63,504 nucleotides of DNA from an uncultured Verrucomicrobiota bacterium (GCA_903880005.1 CAIRNV010000002.1:1-63504); one strand, 5' to 3'. Counted from the stretch's first letter, positions 53,680 through 63,504 are shown. Numbers and translations are program-made. The notes: generated by a model from the sequence alone, not told the origin.

Positions 53680-55149
53680 ATGCTCCATCGATTGACGATC
53701 TCGGAACTGGCCGGACGCCTCGCCTCCGGCCACGTGTCGGCCACCGACGCCCTCGAGGCCTGCCTCGCCCAGGTGGACCGCGTGGACGGCGACGTCCGCG
53801 CCTTTCTCTCCATCGACCGCGACGATGCCCGCGCCCAGGCACGCGCCGCCGACGCCGAGCTCGCGGCCGGCGGTGGCGGCGGCATGCGCCCGCTGCTCGG
53901 CGTCCCCATCGCCCTGAAGGACGTCCTCTGCCACCGCGGGCAACCCGTCGGCTGCGCCTCCAAGATCCTCGAGGGCTACGTCTCCCCCTACGACGCCACC
54001 GCCGTCGCCCGCCTCAAGGCGGCCGGCGCCGTCTTGTTCGGCCGGCTCAACATGGACGAGTTCGCCATGGGCAGCTCGACCGAGAACTCCGCCTACTGGA
54101 CCACCCTCAACCCCTGGGATACCTCCCGCATCCCCGGCGGATCCTCCGGGGGATGCGCCGCCGCCGTCGCCGCCAACGAGGCCTTCGCCTCCATCGGCTC
54201 CGACACCGGCGGCTCCATCCGCCAGCCCGCCGCCCTCTGCGGGTGCGTCGGGCTCAAGCCCACCTACGGCCGCGTCTCGCGCTACGGACTGGTGGCCTTC
54301 GCCAGCTCCCTCGACCAAATCGGCCCCTTCACCAAGTCCGTCGGCGACGCCGCCCTGCTCATGGAGGCGCTCTCGGGCCACGACCCTCTCGACTCCACCA
54401 GCCTCAACGAGCCCGTCCCGCGCTACCGCGACGCCCTCGGCGCCACCTCCCTCAAGGGCGTGCGCCTCGGCGTCGTCAAGGAGTTCCAACTCGGCGGCAT
54501 GGACACCGAGGTGGACGCCGCATTCCGCGCCGCCATGCGCCAACTCGAGGCCCTCGGCGCCGAGGTCCGGGAGGTCAGCCTCCCCCACTCCGACCACGCC
54601 GCCGCCACCTATTACATCATCGCCCCCGCCGAGGCCTCGGCGAACCTCGCCCGCTTTGACGGCGTCCGTTATGGCCGCCGCGTCGAGGGCCCGGACGCCT
54701 TCGAGCTCAACAGCCGCACCCGCGGCTCCGGCTTCGGGCCGGAAGTGAAACGCCGCGTCATCCTGGGGACCTACGTCCTCAGCAGCGGCTACTACGACGC
54801 CTACTACCTCCGCGCCCAAAAGGTCCGGGCCCTCATCCGACGCGACTTCGAGCACGCGTTCGCCCACGTGGACGCCATCGTGACGCCCACGACGCCCACC
54901 CCCGCCTTCAAGGTCGGCGAGAAGGCGTCCGACCCCTTGCAGATGTACCTCAGCGACATCTTCACCATCTCCTGCAACCTCGCCGGCATCTGCGGCATGA
55001 GCCTGCCCTGCGGCTTCACACGCCAACCGCGCCTGCCCATCGGGCTCCAGCTCCTCGGCCGTCCCCTCGGCGAGGCCGACCTCCTCCGCATCGCCCATGC
55101 CTACGAGCAATCCACGCCGTGGCATCGGGAGGTCGCGCCCCTCGGCTGA
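53680..55149 (+). CDS. gatA: Asp-tRNA(Asn)/Glu-tRNA(Gln) amidotransferase subunit GatA
   Basis: Amidase signature: GVPIALKD..NMDEFAMGSSTENS..GGSSGG..GSDTGGSIRQPA. Confidence 0.95.
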   Translation: MLHRLTISELAGRLASGHVSATDALEACLAQVDRVDGDVRAFLSIDRDDARAQARAADAELAAGGGGGMRPLLGVPIALKDVLCHRGQPVGCASKILEGYVSPYDATAVARLKAAGAVLFGRLNMDEFAMGSSTENSAYWTTLNPWDTSRIPGGSSGGCAAAVAANEAFASIGSDTGGSIRQPAALCGCVGLKPTYGRVSRYGLVAFASSLDQIGPFTKSVGDAALLMEALSGHDPLDSTSLNEPVPRYRDALGATSLKGVRLGVVKEFQLGGMDTEVDAAFRAAMRQLEALGAEVREVSLPHSDHAAATYYIIAPAEASANLARFDGVRYGRRVEGPDAFELNSRTRGSGFGPEVKRRVILGTYVLSSGYYDAYYLRAQKVRALIRRDFEHAFAHVDAIVTPTTPTPAFKVGEKASDPLQMYLSDIFTISCNLAGICGMSLPCGFTRQPRLPIGLQLLGRPLGEADLLRIAHAYEQSTPWHREVAPLG

Positions 55150-55285
55150 CGCGGCCTCCTTCCGCCGTTCCCCCGCCCGCCTTCACCGGGCCACCCTGCA
55201 TCGCCCAGCGGCCGCCCGCCCCTTTGCGCGACGCATCGCCCCTTCGGACTCGAAATCCCAGCGCGACCCGCGAAAGGATCGCCCC

Positions 55286-58200
55286 ATGAACACCCCGTCG
55301 TTCGCCACCGCCCTGATCGCATGGGCCGGCTTCTGGCTTTCGGCCTTGCACCTGTTCGCCGCCGCCCCGCTCATCCCCGCCGGAGCCGCGCGGGTGGATG
55401 TCACGCCCACGCGGCCCGTGATGCTCATGGGCTACGCCGCCCGCGCATCGATGGGGCAGGCCTCCAACTCGTTGCAACGCCTGCACGCCCGCGCCATCGC
55501 CCTGGGCGAAGGCAACCAAGCCGCCGTCGTCGTCGCCATCGACCAATGCATCCTGCCCGGGTCGGTGACGGCCGAGCTGCGCCGCCGCCTCGCCGCACGC
55601 ACGGGACTTCGCGAGGCCCAGGTCGCCTTCACCGTCACCCACACACACGCCGCACCCTGCCTCTCCGGCGCGGCCCCCAACATCCTCGGACGCACCTTCA
55701 CCACCGCCGAGCAGGAGGGCATCGACGCGTACACCCGGTTCTTCGTCGAACGCGTGGAGCAGGTCGTCGTCGAGGCCTTGAAAAACCGCAGCCCCGCCCT
55801 CGTCTCGTGGGGCCAGGGCCGGGTCGGCTTCGCGCGCAACCGCCGCACACCCGGCGGGCCCGTGGACCACGACCTGCCCGTCCTGCGCGTGGCCGCGCCC
55901 GACGGAACCCTGCGCGCCGTGCTGGCCAATTACGCCTGCCATTGCACCACGCTTGGCGGCGAGAACAACGCGTCCCATGGCGACTGGGCCGGCGTGGCCG
56001 CCCTCGACCTCGAGGCCTCCACGCCCGGCGCCGTCGCGCTCGTCTCCATCGGGTGCGGAGCCGACGCCAACCCCGAGCCCCGAGGCTCCGTGCAACTCGC
56101 GGAGCAACACGGCCGCGCCCTCGCCTCGGAGGTGCGCCGGTTGATCAACCTGCCCTTGGAACCCCTCGCGTCCGCGCCCGAGACCACACTCGAATCCATT
56201 GCCCTCCCCTTCCGAAGGCACTTCACGCGCGAGGAATGGGAGAAGCGGGCCGCCACGCCCGGCATCGTGGGCCACCACGCCCGGCGTTGGTTGGAACGAC
56301 TCGACCGCGGCGAGAGCCCGGGGCCCACACTGCCGTACCCGGTGCAGACGTGGTCGTTCTCCACGAACCTCGCCATGGTGTTCCTCGGGGGCGAGGTCGT
56401 CGTGGACTACGCGCTCCGCTTGAAGGGCGAGCTCGACGGCCGCCGCCTGTGGGTCACCGCCTACGCCAACGACGTCCCAGGCTACATTCCGTCGCGGCGC
56501 ATCCTCGCCGAGGGCGGCTACGAGGCCGAGACCTCCCTATGGTACTACGACCGCCCGCAGCAATTCGCCCCGGCCATCGAGGACCTGGTCGTCGATGCCG
56601 TCCGCAGGCCGCTTCTCCCACGCTTCAAGCCCGCACCGCCCAAGGGCGAGATGACCCAGCCCCGCGAGGCCCGCCGCGCCCTCGAATCCTTCTCACACCC
56701 CGCTTCCCTCGTCGTCGAACTCGTCGCCGGCGACGACCTCGTCCAATCCCCCGTCGCCATCGACTTCGGGGCCGACGGACGCCTCTGGGTCGCCGAGATG
56801 TCTGACTACCCGGCAGGGGACCAAGGCGGACGCATCAAGGTGCTCGAAGACGCCGACCAAGACGGCGTGCTCGACCGCGCCCGGGTCGTCGCGCAAGGAC
56901 TCCCATTCCCCACCGGCCTCATGGCTTGGAAGGACGGCGTCCTCGTGTGCGCCGCGCCCGATGTCTGGTGGATCTCCTCAGACGGCTCCCAACGCCAACG
57001 CCTCCTCGCCGGCTTCGCCACCCACAACTTCCAGGCCCGCGTCAATGGACTCCGATGGGGCCTCGACGGATGGGTCCATGGCGCGGGCGGCCTCTTCGGC
57101 GGCAAGATCCGCTCCTTGCAAACCGGCCTGGAAACCGACGCCACGGGCCGGGACTTCCGCTTCCAGCCCGATGCCGGCGCCTTCGAGACCCTCGTCGGCG
57201 TGAGCCAGCAGGGACGGCCTCGCGACGACTTCGGCCAATGGTTCGGCAATGACAATGGAAGCCTGCTGTGGAGCTTCCCGATGCCGCCCGCCGCCACCGC
57301 CCTGGGCTTCGAGCCGCCCAGGGCCTCGTTGCCCGCCAACCGCGATGGCAACCGCGTCTTCCCCACCAGTCAAACCCTCGAGCGATTCAATGACCCGCAC
57401 ACCGCCAATCACCTCACCAGCGCTTGCGGGCCCGAGATCTTCCGCGGCTCCAGCCTTGGCCCCGGCTTCGAGGGCGACGCCTTCGTCTGCGAACCCGTCC
57501 ACAACCTCGTCCGGCGCGCCCACCTCGCCCGCGATGGCGTCGGCTTCGCCGCCACGCGTGACGCCTCCGAGAAGGCATCCGAGTTCCTCTCCAGCACCGA
57601 CCACTGGTTCCGTCCCGTCGAGGCACGCACCGGCACCGACGGCTGCCTCTGGGTCGTGGACATGCAACGCTTCGTCATCGAGCACCCTCGATGGATCGCC
57701 CCGGATCGCCTCGCACGGCTCGATGTGCGCGCCGGGGCCGACCGCGGCCGCATCTACCGCATCCGCGCAGCCAACCGCCCCGCCATCCCGCTGCCCAAAC
57801 TCCATCCCCCAGACGGACCCGCCGCCCTCGTCGGGTTCCTCGCATCACCCGAAGGTCCCTTGCGCGACCTCGCCCAACGCGAGGTCCAACTCCTCCCCCC
57901 GCCCCAACGCGCAGGCATCGTCCCCAACCTGTCACGACTGCTGGAACATCCCTCGCCCGCCGTCCGCGCCCAGGCTCTTTGGACCCTCCACAACATCGAC
58001 GCCCTGCCCGCCCACGCCCTCAACCTCGCCTGCAACGACCCCGACGAACGCACCCGCCTCGCCGCCCTCGACCTCGCCTTCGTCCGTTCCCATCCCATTC
58101 CGGACCCCACCCCCGCAAGCCTCCTGTCCACCCCCGCCCTGCGCTTCCGCACCGCTCTCGCCCTGGCCCGCGCCGGCGAAGCCGGGGCCGCACGCATCGC

Positions 58201-59902
58201 AGCCATGGTGCTCGACGATCCCGCCGACGCATGGCTCGCCTCCGTCGCCCTCGGCGCCGCGCGCTCCCACGGGGAAGCCTTCGCCCGAAGGCTCGCCACG
58301 ACCCCGTCCGCGCTCGTCCGCCTGGGCCCCGCCCTCGATCGCTGGCTCCAGGCATGGGCCGCCTCCAACCCCGGTGCGCTCGCAGCCATCGCACCCGCAT
58401 TGATGGAAGCCGCGCGCGCCGACGTCGGCGTCGCCTTCCCTTGGCTCGCCGCGCTCACCGGCGGCGAGCCGGATCGCTCGCGCTGGCCCGCCGCCGCCCG
58501 CCCACTCCTCGACGCATGGGAACCCGCCCTCGCCGCACACGCCACCCACGTCCTCCGCGACCCCTCACGGCCAGAACCACAACGCATCGCCGCCGCCTCC
58601 TTGGCCGCAGCAAGGGCCAGCAAGGACGCCTCCCTCGACGCGGACGCCATCGTGGCCCTCGACGACCTCCCACCAGGACCCGTCCTAGACTCATGGGTCC
58701 GCGCGTTGTCGGCCATCGAACGCCCCGCCCTTGCCGCGCGTTGCATCCAAGGGCTCGACACCGCCTCGCCACGCGCACGCCAGGCGCGCCTCGCCGTGTT
58801 GCTGGCCCGTCGCACCTCCGCCCGCGCCTTGGCCGAGGCCGTCCGCACAGGAAGCGTCGCCACCGATGCTTGGACCCTCGAGCAACGCCAATCCCTCAAG
58901 GAACGGGCCGGAGGACCGCCCGTCGCGTCCTCAACCCCCGCTCGCGCGGACGTCATCCAACGCTATGCGTCCGCGTCCGCAATGACCGGCGACCGCGGGG
59001 CAGGAGCCGCCCACTTCGAGCGCCTGTGCTCCAGTTGCCACGCCATGGCCGGGCGCGGGCACGCCGTCGGACCCGACCTCGGCCCCTACCGGGGCAAGCC
59101 CCTCGCCGACTTCTTGCTGGCCGTCCTTGACCCCAATGCGGCCGTGGATGGACGCCATCGCACCCGACGCGTCGAGCTGAAGGATGGCCGGGAACTGGTG
59201 GGTGTCGCCACCGAGGAAGGCCGGACCGGCTTTGTCCTGGCGCAACCCGGCGGGATCCGGGAACGCATCGAGCGGTCTCAGGTCGAACGCATGGAAGACG
59301 TCGCCGCGTCGTTGATGCCCGAGGGCTTCGAGGAGTCGCTTCCGCCGCAGGCCATGGCGGACCTCGCCGCATGGGTGCGCGAGGCTCCACGGGCCTTTGG
59401 CATGGGATCTCCCGAGCAAACGCGCGCCAACCGGGAGCGCTGGGCGAGGCTGGCATCGTCCGGCACCGGCGACTTCCGCTGCGTCGAGCCGATGCTGCCC
59501 TACGCCTCGTGGCTTGGCCGGCTACCCCTGCGCGTCTGCCGCCAAGACACCGGCACCAATCGGCTCGAGTGGGTGTCCCGCCCCGCCCCCGGCACCACCA
59601 CGCATCGCTGGCCCGTGGCCATGGGCTTCCATTCGCAGCCCAAGGGCCACTTTGTCCTCCGAATCGAGGACGTCGATGAGGTCGAGTTCGACGTCGCATT
59701 GGACGACGCCCAATGGACGACGGAATCCGGCGCCGGCCGCCTCCGCTACCGCGTCGAGGAACGCAACAACGAGGACAGCAATGGCGTCATGGAACTGGAT
59801 CTCGCCCCCGCCAACGCCACGCGCCCCCTCCGCATCTCCGTCACCGGCACCCCCACCGGCAGCCTCCGCTGGTTCGGGGTGTACGAGGACGGCAAACCGT
59901 GA
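55286..59902 (+). CDS. neutral/alkaline ceramidase-like domain fused to PVC-type heme-binding CxxCH protein (propeller + HEAT + cytochrome c + unknown C-terminal domain)
   Basis: Start at MNTPSFATALIAWAGFWLSALHLFAA (55286). The first ~500 aa are ceramidase-like (VTPTRPVMLMGYA..LHARAIAL..THTHAAP..NYACHCT). Then DFGADGRLWVAEM..DADQDGVLD, a HEAT-like region, CSSCHAMAGRGHAVGPDL, and a further ~190-aa C-terminal domain. Confidence 0.85.
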   Translation: MNTPSFATALIAWAGFWLSALHLFAAAPLIPAGAARVDVTPTRPVMLMGYAARASMGQASNSLQRLHARAIALGEGNQAAVVVAIDQCILPGSVTAELRRRLAARTGLREAQVAFTVTHTHAAPCLSGAAPNILGRTFTTAEQEGIDAYTRFFVERVEQVVVEALKNRSPALVSWGQGRVGFARNRRTPGGPVDHDLPVLRVAAPDGTLRAVLANYACHCTTLGGENNASHGDWAGVAALDLEASTPGAVALVSIGCGADANPEPRGSVQLAEQHGRALASEVRRLINLPLEPLASAPETTLESIALPFRRHFTREEWEKRAATPGIVGHHARRWLERLDRGESPGPTLPYPVQTWSFSTNLAMVFLGGEVVVDYALRLKGELDGRRLWVTAYANDVPGYIPSRRILAEGGYEAETSLWYYDRPQQFAPAIEDLVVDAVRRPLLPRFKPAPPKGEMTQPREARRALESFSHPASLVVELVAGDDLVQSPVAIDFGADGRLWVAEMSDYPAGDQGGRIKVLEDADQDGVLDRARVVAQGLPFPTGLMAWKDGVLVCAAPDVWWISSDGSQRQRLLAGFATHNFQARVNGLRWGLDGWVHGAGGLFGGKIRSLQTGLETDATGRDFRFQPDAGAFETLVGVSQQGRPRDDFGQWFGNDNGSLLWSFPMPPAATALGFEPPRASLPANRDGNRVFPTSQTLERFNDPHTANHLTSACGPEIFRGSSLGPGFEGDAFVCEPVHNLVRRAHLARDGVGFAATRDASEKASEFLSSTDHWFRPVEARTGTDGCLWVVDMQRFVIEHPRWIAPDRLARLDVRAGADRGRIYRIRAANRPAIPLPKLHPPDGPAALVGFLASPEGPLRDLAQREVQLLPPPQRAGIVPNLSRLLEHPSPAVRAQALWTLHNIDALPAHALNLACNDPDERTRLAALDLAFVRSHPIPDPTPASLLSTPALRFRTALALARAGEAGAARIAAMVLDDPADAWLASVALGAARSHGEAFARRLATTPSALVRLGPALDRWLQAWAASNPGALAAIAPALMEAARADVGVAFPWLAALTGGEPDRSRWPAAARPLLDAWEPALAAHATHVLRDPSRPEPQRIAAASLAAARASKDASLDADAIVALDDLPPGPVLDSWVRALSAIERPALAARCIQGLDTASPRARQARLAVLLARRTSARALAEAVRTGSVATDAWTLEQRQSLKERAGGPPVASSTPARADVIQRYASASAMTGDRGAGAAHFERLCSSCHAMAGRGHAVGPDLGPYRGKPLADFLLAVLDPNAAVDGRHRTRRVELKDGRELVGVATEEGRTGFVLAQPGGIRERIERSQVERMEDVAASLMPEGFEESLPPQAMADLAAWVREAPRAFGMGSPEQTRANRERWARLASSGTGDFRCVEPMLPYASWLGRLPLRVCRQDTGTNRLEWVSRPAPGTTTHRWPVAMGFHSQPKGHFVLRIEDVDEVEFDVALDDAQWTTESGAGRLRYRVEERNNEDSNGVMELDLAPANATRPLRISVTGTPTGSLRWFGVYEDGKP

Positions 59903-59997
59903 TCTCGACACGTTTCGGCACTCTCGGATAGCGTGCCGATATCAAAATGCTTGGCCAATCCCAAGACGACGTGCACGCGGGGTGCTAGTCCTAGGTC

Positions 59998-61203
59998 ATG
60001 AACGAACCAACACGACACCCCCGCAGATCAGTGGCTGAATTCTTCGCAGGCATCGGGCTCATGCGCATGGGACTGGAGGCTGCCGGCTGGAGCATCGCCT
60101 TTGCCAACGACATCGACCCTGACAAGTGGGCGATGTATCGAGGCCACTTCGGGTGCACAGGCGAGTTCGTGCTGGGCGACGTTCACAAGCTCAAGACTTC
60201 GCAAGTGCCAACGGTATCATTGGCTACCGCTTCGTTCCCATGCAACGACCTTTCCTTGGCCGGGGCGAGGAATGGGTTGGCGGGCTCCCAGTCATCCGCT
60301 TTCTGGGGCTTCGTGGACGTTCTCAAGGCCCTCAAGCGTGAGCGGCGGAATCCGCCCATGGTCCTTCTTGAAAACGTCACAGGCTTCCTCAGCTCCAACG
60401 ACGGCCAGGATTTCGAGAATGCCCTTCTGGCATTGAACTCCCTTGGGTATTCCGTGGACGCCTTCATTGTGGACGCCTCGAGGTTCGTGCCACAAAGCCG
60501 TCAACGCCTCTTTGTCGTGGGCATCCAATCTCCAAACGTGGACTCCCTGGACGACACGCCGGGCTTCTACGAGTCGGAAATCCGCCCGCCTGCCCTCGCC
60601 AGCTTCATCATGCTGCACCCGGACATTGCTTGGCGTATCAAGCAACTGCCGAGGCTGCCACACCGATCGATTGCCCTCGCCGACGTGATCGAGGATGTAC
60701 CCATGAACCATCATTTGTGGTGGAACCGGGAGCGCTGTGAATACCTCCTGAACCAAATGAGCCCGAAGCACCGGGCGGAGGCCGAGGGAATGATCAACGC
60801 CGAAACCACTTCCTATGGGACGGTCTTTCGGCGGGTTCGCAATGGCAGGTCCATGGCAGAACTCAGGACGGACGGCATCGCCGGCTGCCTTCGCACGCCG
60901 CGCGGGGGCAGTGGCCGCCAAATCCTCTTCGCGGGGGGAAAAGGCCGTTACGGCATCCGCCTCCTCACCCCAAGGGAATGCGCCCGGCTGATGGGGGCCG
61001 ACGACTTCATCCTGAATTGCCCGCTCAACCAGGCCCTATTCGGCTTCGGCGACGCCGTGTGCGTCCCCGTCATTCGTTGGATTGCCCACAACTACCTCGA
61101 CCCGGAGTTGGCCAAGCAAGACTCCACCCTCTGCGAAGCCTCAACGGCCTTGCAATCACCCAAGACCGTGCGACGAGCGCCCAAAAAGCCCATCCGTCCA
61201 TGA
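59998..61203 (+). CDS. DNA (cytosine-5)-methyltransferase
   Basis: m5C-MTase motifs appear in order: I FAGIGLM, IV FPCNDLS (catalytic Cys), VI LLENV, VIII QSRQRLF, IX TPRECARLMG, X GFGDAVCVP. Local GC is clearly lower than the flanks. Confidence 0.9.
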   Translation: MNEPTRHPRRSVAEFFAGIGLMRMGLEAAGWSIAFANDIDPDKWAMYRGHFGCTGEFVLGDVHKLKTSQVPTVSLATASFPCNDLSLAGARNGLAGSQSSAFWGFVDVLKALKRERRNPPMVLLENVTGFLSSNDGQDFENALLALNSLGYSVDAFIVDASRFVPQSRQRLFVVGIQSPNVDSLDDTPGFYESEIRPPALASFIMLHPDIAWRIKQLPRLPHRSIALADVIEDVPMNHHLWWNRERCEYLLNQMSPKHRAEAEGMINAETTSYGTVFRRVRNGRSMAELRTDGIAGCLRTPRGGSGRQILFAGGKGRYGIRLLTPRECARLMGADDFILNCPLNQALFGFGDAVCVPVIRWIAHNYLDPELAKQDSTLCEASTALQSPKTVRRAPKKPIRP

Positions 61204-62138
61204 ATCCCACCGCCCAGTGCATTCAAGAGTTGTGCCAGGCGCATCCAAAGCTCCTGAAAAAAGGAGGCTTGTGCGTGGGCCTCGTCGTGACCCAGGCGGC
61301 CATCGACAAGGGTCTGCCCCTGAATCCGGATTCTCTTGTCACCGCCGAGGGCGGGCAGGTCGCCGGTCTAGGCTCCGCTGCCGTTCAGAGAATCCTCTCC
61401 TCCAATGGCATTGAGCGCACCTTGGCAAAAGAGGGAGGCAGAACCAGCCGCGGCAGCCTAAATCTGATGAAGGTCTATGTCGCGGCACTCAACAGCCTCC
61501 ACAAATGCGGCCAAGCATCCATGGAAGACGCCATGGAGTGGTGGATTTTAAAGGTGCGCGCCCATTTTGCATCCGGCGGCCCACGATTTCGCTTCGATCC
61601 CAGCAAGTCACTCCGGGCAAACATCGATGACTTGCTAATTCAGGCGCGGGAGGTTCAGGCGAACGCCGGCGGCACCAACTATGTCGGGGCTATGTTGCAG
61701 CATCTCATCGGAGCCAAACTCGACCTCGTCCTCGGCACCGGAAAAATCCAACACCATGGATTTAGCGTGGCTGACGCCTCGACCCAACGCCTCGGGGATT
61801 TCCAGATGGATTCCGTAGTCTTCCACGTCACAACTCACCCTACCGAGGCGTTGGTGCAAAAGTGCGGAGAAAACCTCTCCGATGGACTCAAGCCGGTCAT
61901 CCTAACTCTGGGAGACGGCCTGGTTGGGGCTTCATTTCTCTTGAAGGGCAGGGCGCTTGATGACCGCGTGGATGTCCTTGATGCAGCCCCGTTCCTGACG
62001 GCCAACGTTTACGAAAGAAGCTTTTTTGACCTTCAAGCGTGCAAGGTCACCCTCGCCAAACTACTCACGCGATACAACGAGATCGTTGCGGCGTGTGAAA
62101 CAGATCCGGCGCTCAGCATCGGCTTCTCGAAACACTAG
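61200..62138 (+). CDS. DUF4928-like protein, candidate cognate restriction endonuclease
   Basis: ATG 61200 overlaps the methyltransferase stop (ATGA). 312 aa; the assignment to DUF4928 is from memory of that family being found next to dcm-type genes. It has the lowest GC in the window. Confidence 0.55.
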   Translation: MNPTAQCIQELCQAHPKLLKKGGLCVGLVVTQAAIDKGLPLNPDSLVTAEGGQVAGLGSAAVQRILSSNGIERTLAKEGGRTSRGSLNLMKVYVAALNSLHKCGQASMEDAMEWWILKVRAHFASGGPRFRFDPSKSLRANIDDLLIQAREVQANAGGTNYVGAMLQHLIGAKLDLVLGTGKIQHHGFSVADASTQRLGDFQMDSVVFHVTTHPTEALVQKCGENLSDGLKPVILTLGDGLVGASFLLKGRALDDRVDVLDAAPFLTANVYERSFFDLQACKVTLAKLLTRYNEIVAACETDPALSIGFSKH

Positions 62139-62158
62139 CACTTTCGCGCGGACTCAGA

Positions 62159-63504
62159 TTACCGGGCCACCCCCCCCACAAACCCCGCCGCCTCACGCGC
62201 CTTGTCCTCCGAGCCAGCCGCCGCCGAGGCCTGGATCAAACCCGTCGCAGCCCCCGCGTACATCCGCGCCGCCAGCGTCGGCACCATCTTCTCGCCCAAT
62301 AGCAACGTCGCCCCGGGAGCCCCCAGCGCGATCAACCCGTCCACGTCCCCGTACTTCGCGCCGCCCGGCGTGAAGTCCGGATGCCGCAGGTCCGTCAGCG
62401 CCCCAAACCGAAAGCCGCCCAGGTCCAGGACGGCGCGACCCACCGTCGCCCCTGCCACCGCTCGCGCCCCCGCCCCAACCGGACCCGCCCCATCCACCGC
62501 CACCAGGTCGATCCGGCTCGACCGCTTCTCGTGGTCCCTCACGAAGCGCAAGACGGCCAGGACGTCCTGCACACGATGCACGAAGACCGACGGGTTATAG
62601 CCAAACGTATAGGCCCAGGCTTCTCGCGGGTTCTTCACCTTGGGCGTCTGCGCCAAGGGCTTGCCATCCGCCAGGAACTCCCCTTGGTGCAACAGGTCCA
62701 CGCCGATCACCGTCGTCCCGCCCTCCACCAACCTCCGGACCGCCGCCTTCAACGCCCCGTCCGCTCCGTACATACCCACCTTGCCATCGCCCGTGAGCCA
62801 AATCGTCGTGCGCCCATTCCACTCCTTGGGATGAACGAACACCACCGGCAACGCCGCCCCCCGTCCCGCGTCCCGCAGCATCCCCGACATCTCTGTCCAC
62901 CCTCCCAGGTCCCGCTTGTCCTTGAGATCCCACGCCACGGGCCCGCCCTCCATGGACGCCCCGTCCAACACGATGTCCCAACCCTTTCCAAACACCTCCC
63001 GGAACCGCGCCGCGTCCAAGGCCGCCTCCCCGAGCAGGCGCTGGTCATCCTCGTGCCATTGGCGAAGCAGGGCCCGCTCGAACCCCGGATCACCCGCCCT
63101 CGGGGCCGGGTGCGCCTCGTCCCATACGCTCAGCTCCGCACGCGTCGCCCGACGATAATCCTTCTCAACAACGGGCTCGGCCTGGCCCAGCCTGAAATGA
63201 CGATTCAGCCACGTGTAGAACGCCGAGCGTGACACCGCGTTGTAGTTGTGGGGGAAATGCTCGCCCCGCTTCAGCATCACGTTGTCCGGGGCGCCCATCA
63301 TCCCGTAAAGCCGCTTCAGCTCGGGGAAGCCCTTCGTCGCCATCTCCCGCGTCCAGTCGTTCGCCGACGTCATCCCCTGCGGCTTCGGCGCGAACAAGCC
63401 CGCAAACTCGACGTTGCCCGTCCCGACGCGCAAAAGGCTCGCGTTCTCGCACGTGCAGCCCCCTTGCATCGCCGTGCTCACCATCACCGCCGGAAACGAC
63501 AACG
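62159..63504 (-). CDS. alpha/beta-hydrolase-fold protein (acetyl-xylan-esterase-like), N-terminus beyond right edge
   Basis: The open frame runs off the window (track 62159..63502). It has good codon-3 GC and segments typical of PVC esterase-like proteins (..VVFVHPKEWNGRTTIWLTGDGK..VIGVDLLHQGEF..). The catalytic motifs presumably lie upstream, off-window. Confidence 0.6.
   Translation of the reverse strand, partial: LSFPAVMVSTAMQGGCTCENASLLRVGTGNVEFAGLFAPKPQGMTSANDWTREMATKGFPELKRLYGMMGAPDNVMLKRGEHFPHNYNAVSRSAFYTWLNRHFRLGQAEPVVEKDYRRATRAELSVWDEAHPAPRAGDPGFERALLRQWHEDDQRLLGEAALDAARFREVFGKGWDIVLDGASMEGGPVAWDLKDKRDLGGWTEMSGMLRDAGRGAALPVVFVHPKEWNGRTTIWLTGDGKVGMYGADGALKAAVRRLVEGGTTVIGVDLLHQGEFLADGKPLAQTPKVKNPREAWAYTFGYNPSVFVHRVQDVLAVLRFVRDHEKRSSRIDLVAVDGAGPVGAGARAVAGATVGRAVLDLGGFRFGALTDLRHPDFTPGGAKYGDVDGLIALGAPGATLLLGEKMVPTLAARMYAGAATGLIQASAAAGSEDKAREAAGFVGGVAR

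Noticed and set aside
53296-55125. 609-aa minus-strand ORF
   Set aside because: It is antisense to gatC/gatA, which carry unambiguous amidase-signature motifs. It is Gly/Ala/Glu/Val-rich low complexity.

Overview
This is a high-GC chromosomal segment: sampled 60-nt lines hand-count at about 68-80% G+C, against 50-58% in one island. The gene content points to a PVC-superphylum bacterium (Verrucomicrobiota or Planctomycetota). That assignment is an inference from DUF1549/DUF1553 + DUF1501 pairs, three giant 'membrane-bound dehydrogenase / HEAT' proteins, and orphan HPr.

I call about 41 protein genes and 2 tRNAs (Asn-GTT, Ser-GCT). Many long ORFs in the supplied track are Arg/Pro/Gly/His-rich antisense shadows of real genes and were discarded.

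- **Housekeeping genes:** purS-purQ, metG, moaA, ptsH, gatC-gatA.
- **Accessory or unusual content:**
  - a three-gene MukF/MukE/MukB-like (MksFEB / JetABC-like) SMC operon (47846-52442, minus strand). It has no JetD/MksG-type nuclease gene. It lies divergent from a tRNA-Ser whose 3' end is duplicated 282 bp downstream (att-like scar);
  - a low-GC two-gene island (59998-62138) encoding a C5-cytosine methyltransferase plus a DUF4928-like candidate restriction enzyme;
  - an ars operon that uses an aquaporin and a DUF6428-ArsC fusion;
  - three paralogous giant periplasmic proteins whose electron-transfer module is swapped (azurin-like cupredoxin versus CxxCH cytochrome c) and whose N-terminal enzyme domains differ (SGNH, none, ceramidase);
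  - an amidohydrolase operon in which 2 of 3 amidohydrolase modules lack the HxH metal dyad;
  - two CotH-kinase paralogs;
  - a kexin-like S8 protease;
  - a roughly 100-bp intergenic element present at two convergent-gene junctions.

All family assignments come from reading motifs by eye. None has been confirmed by a database search.
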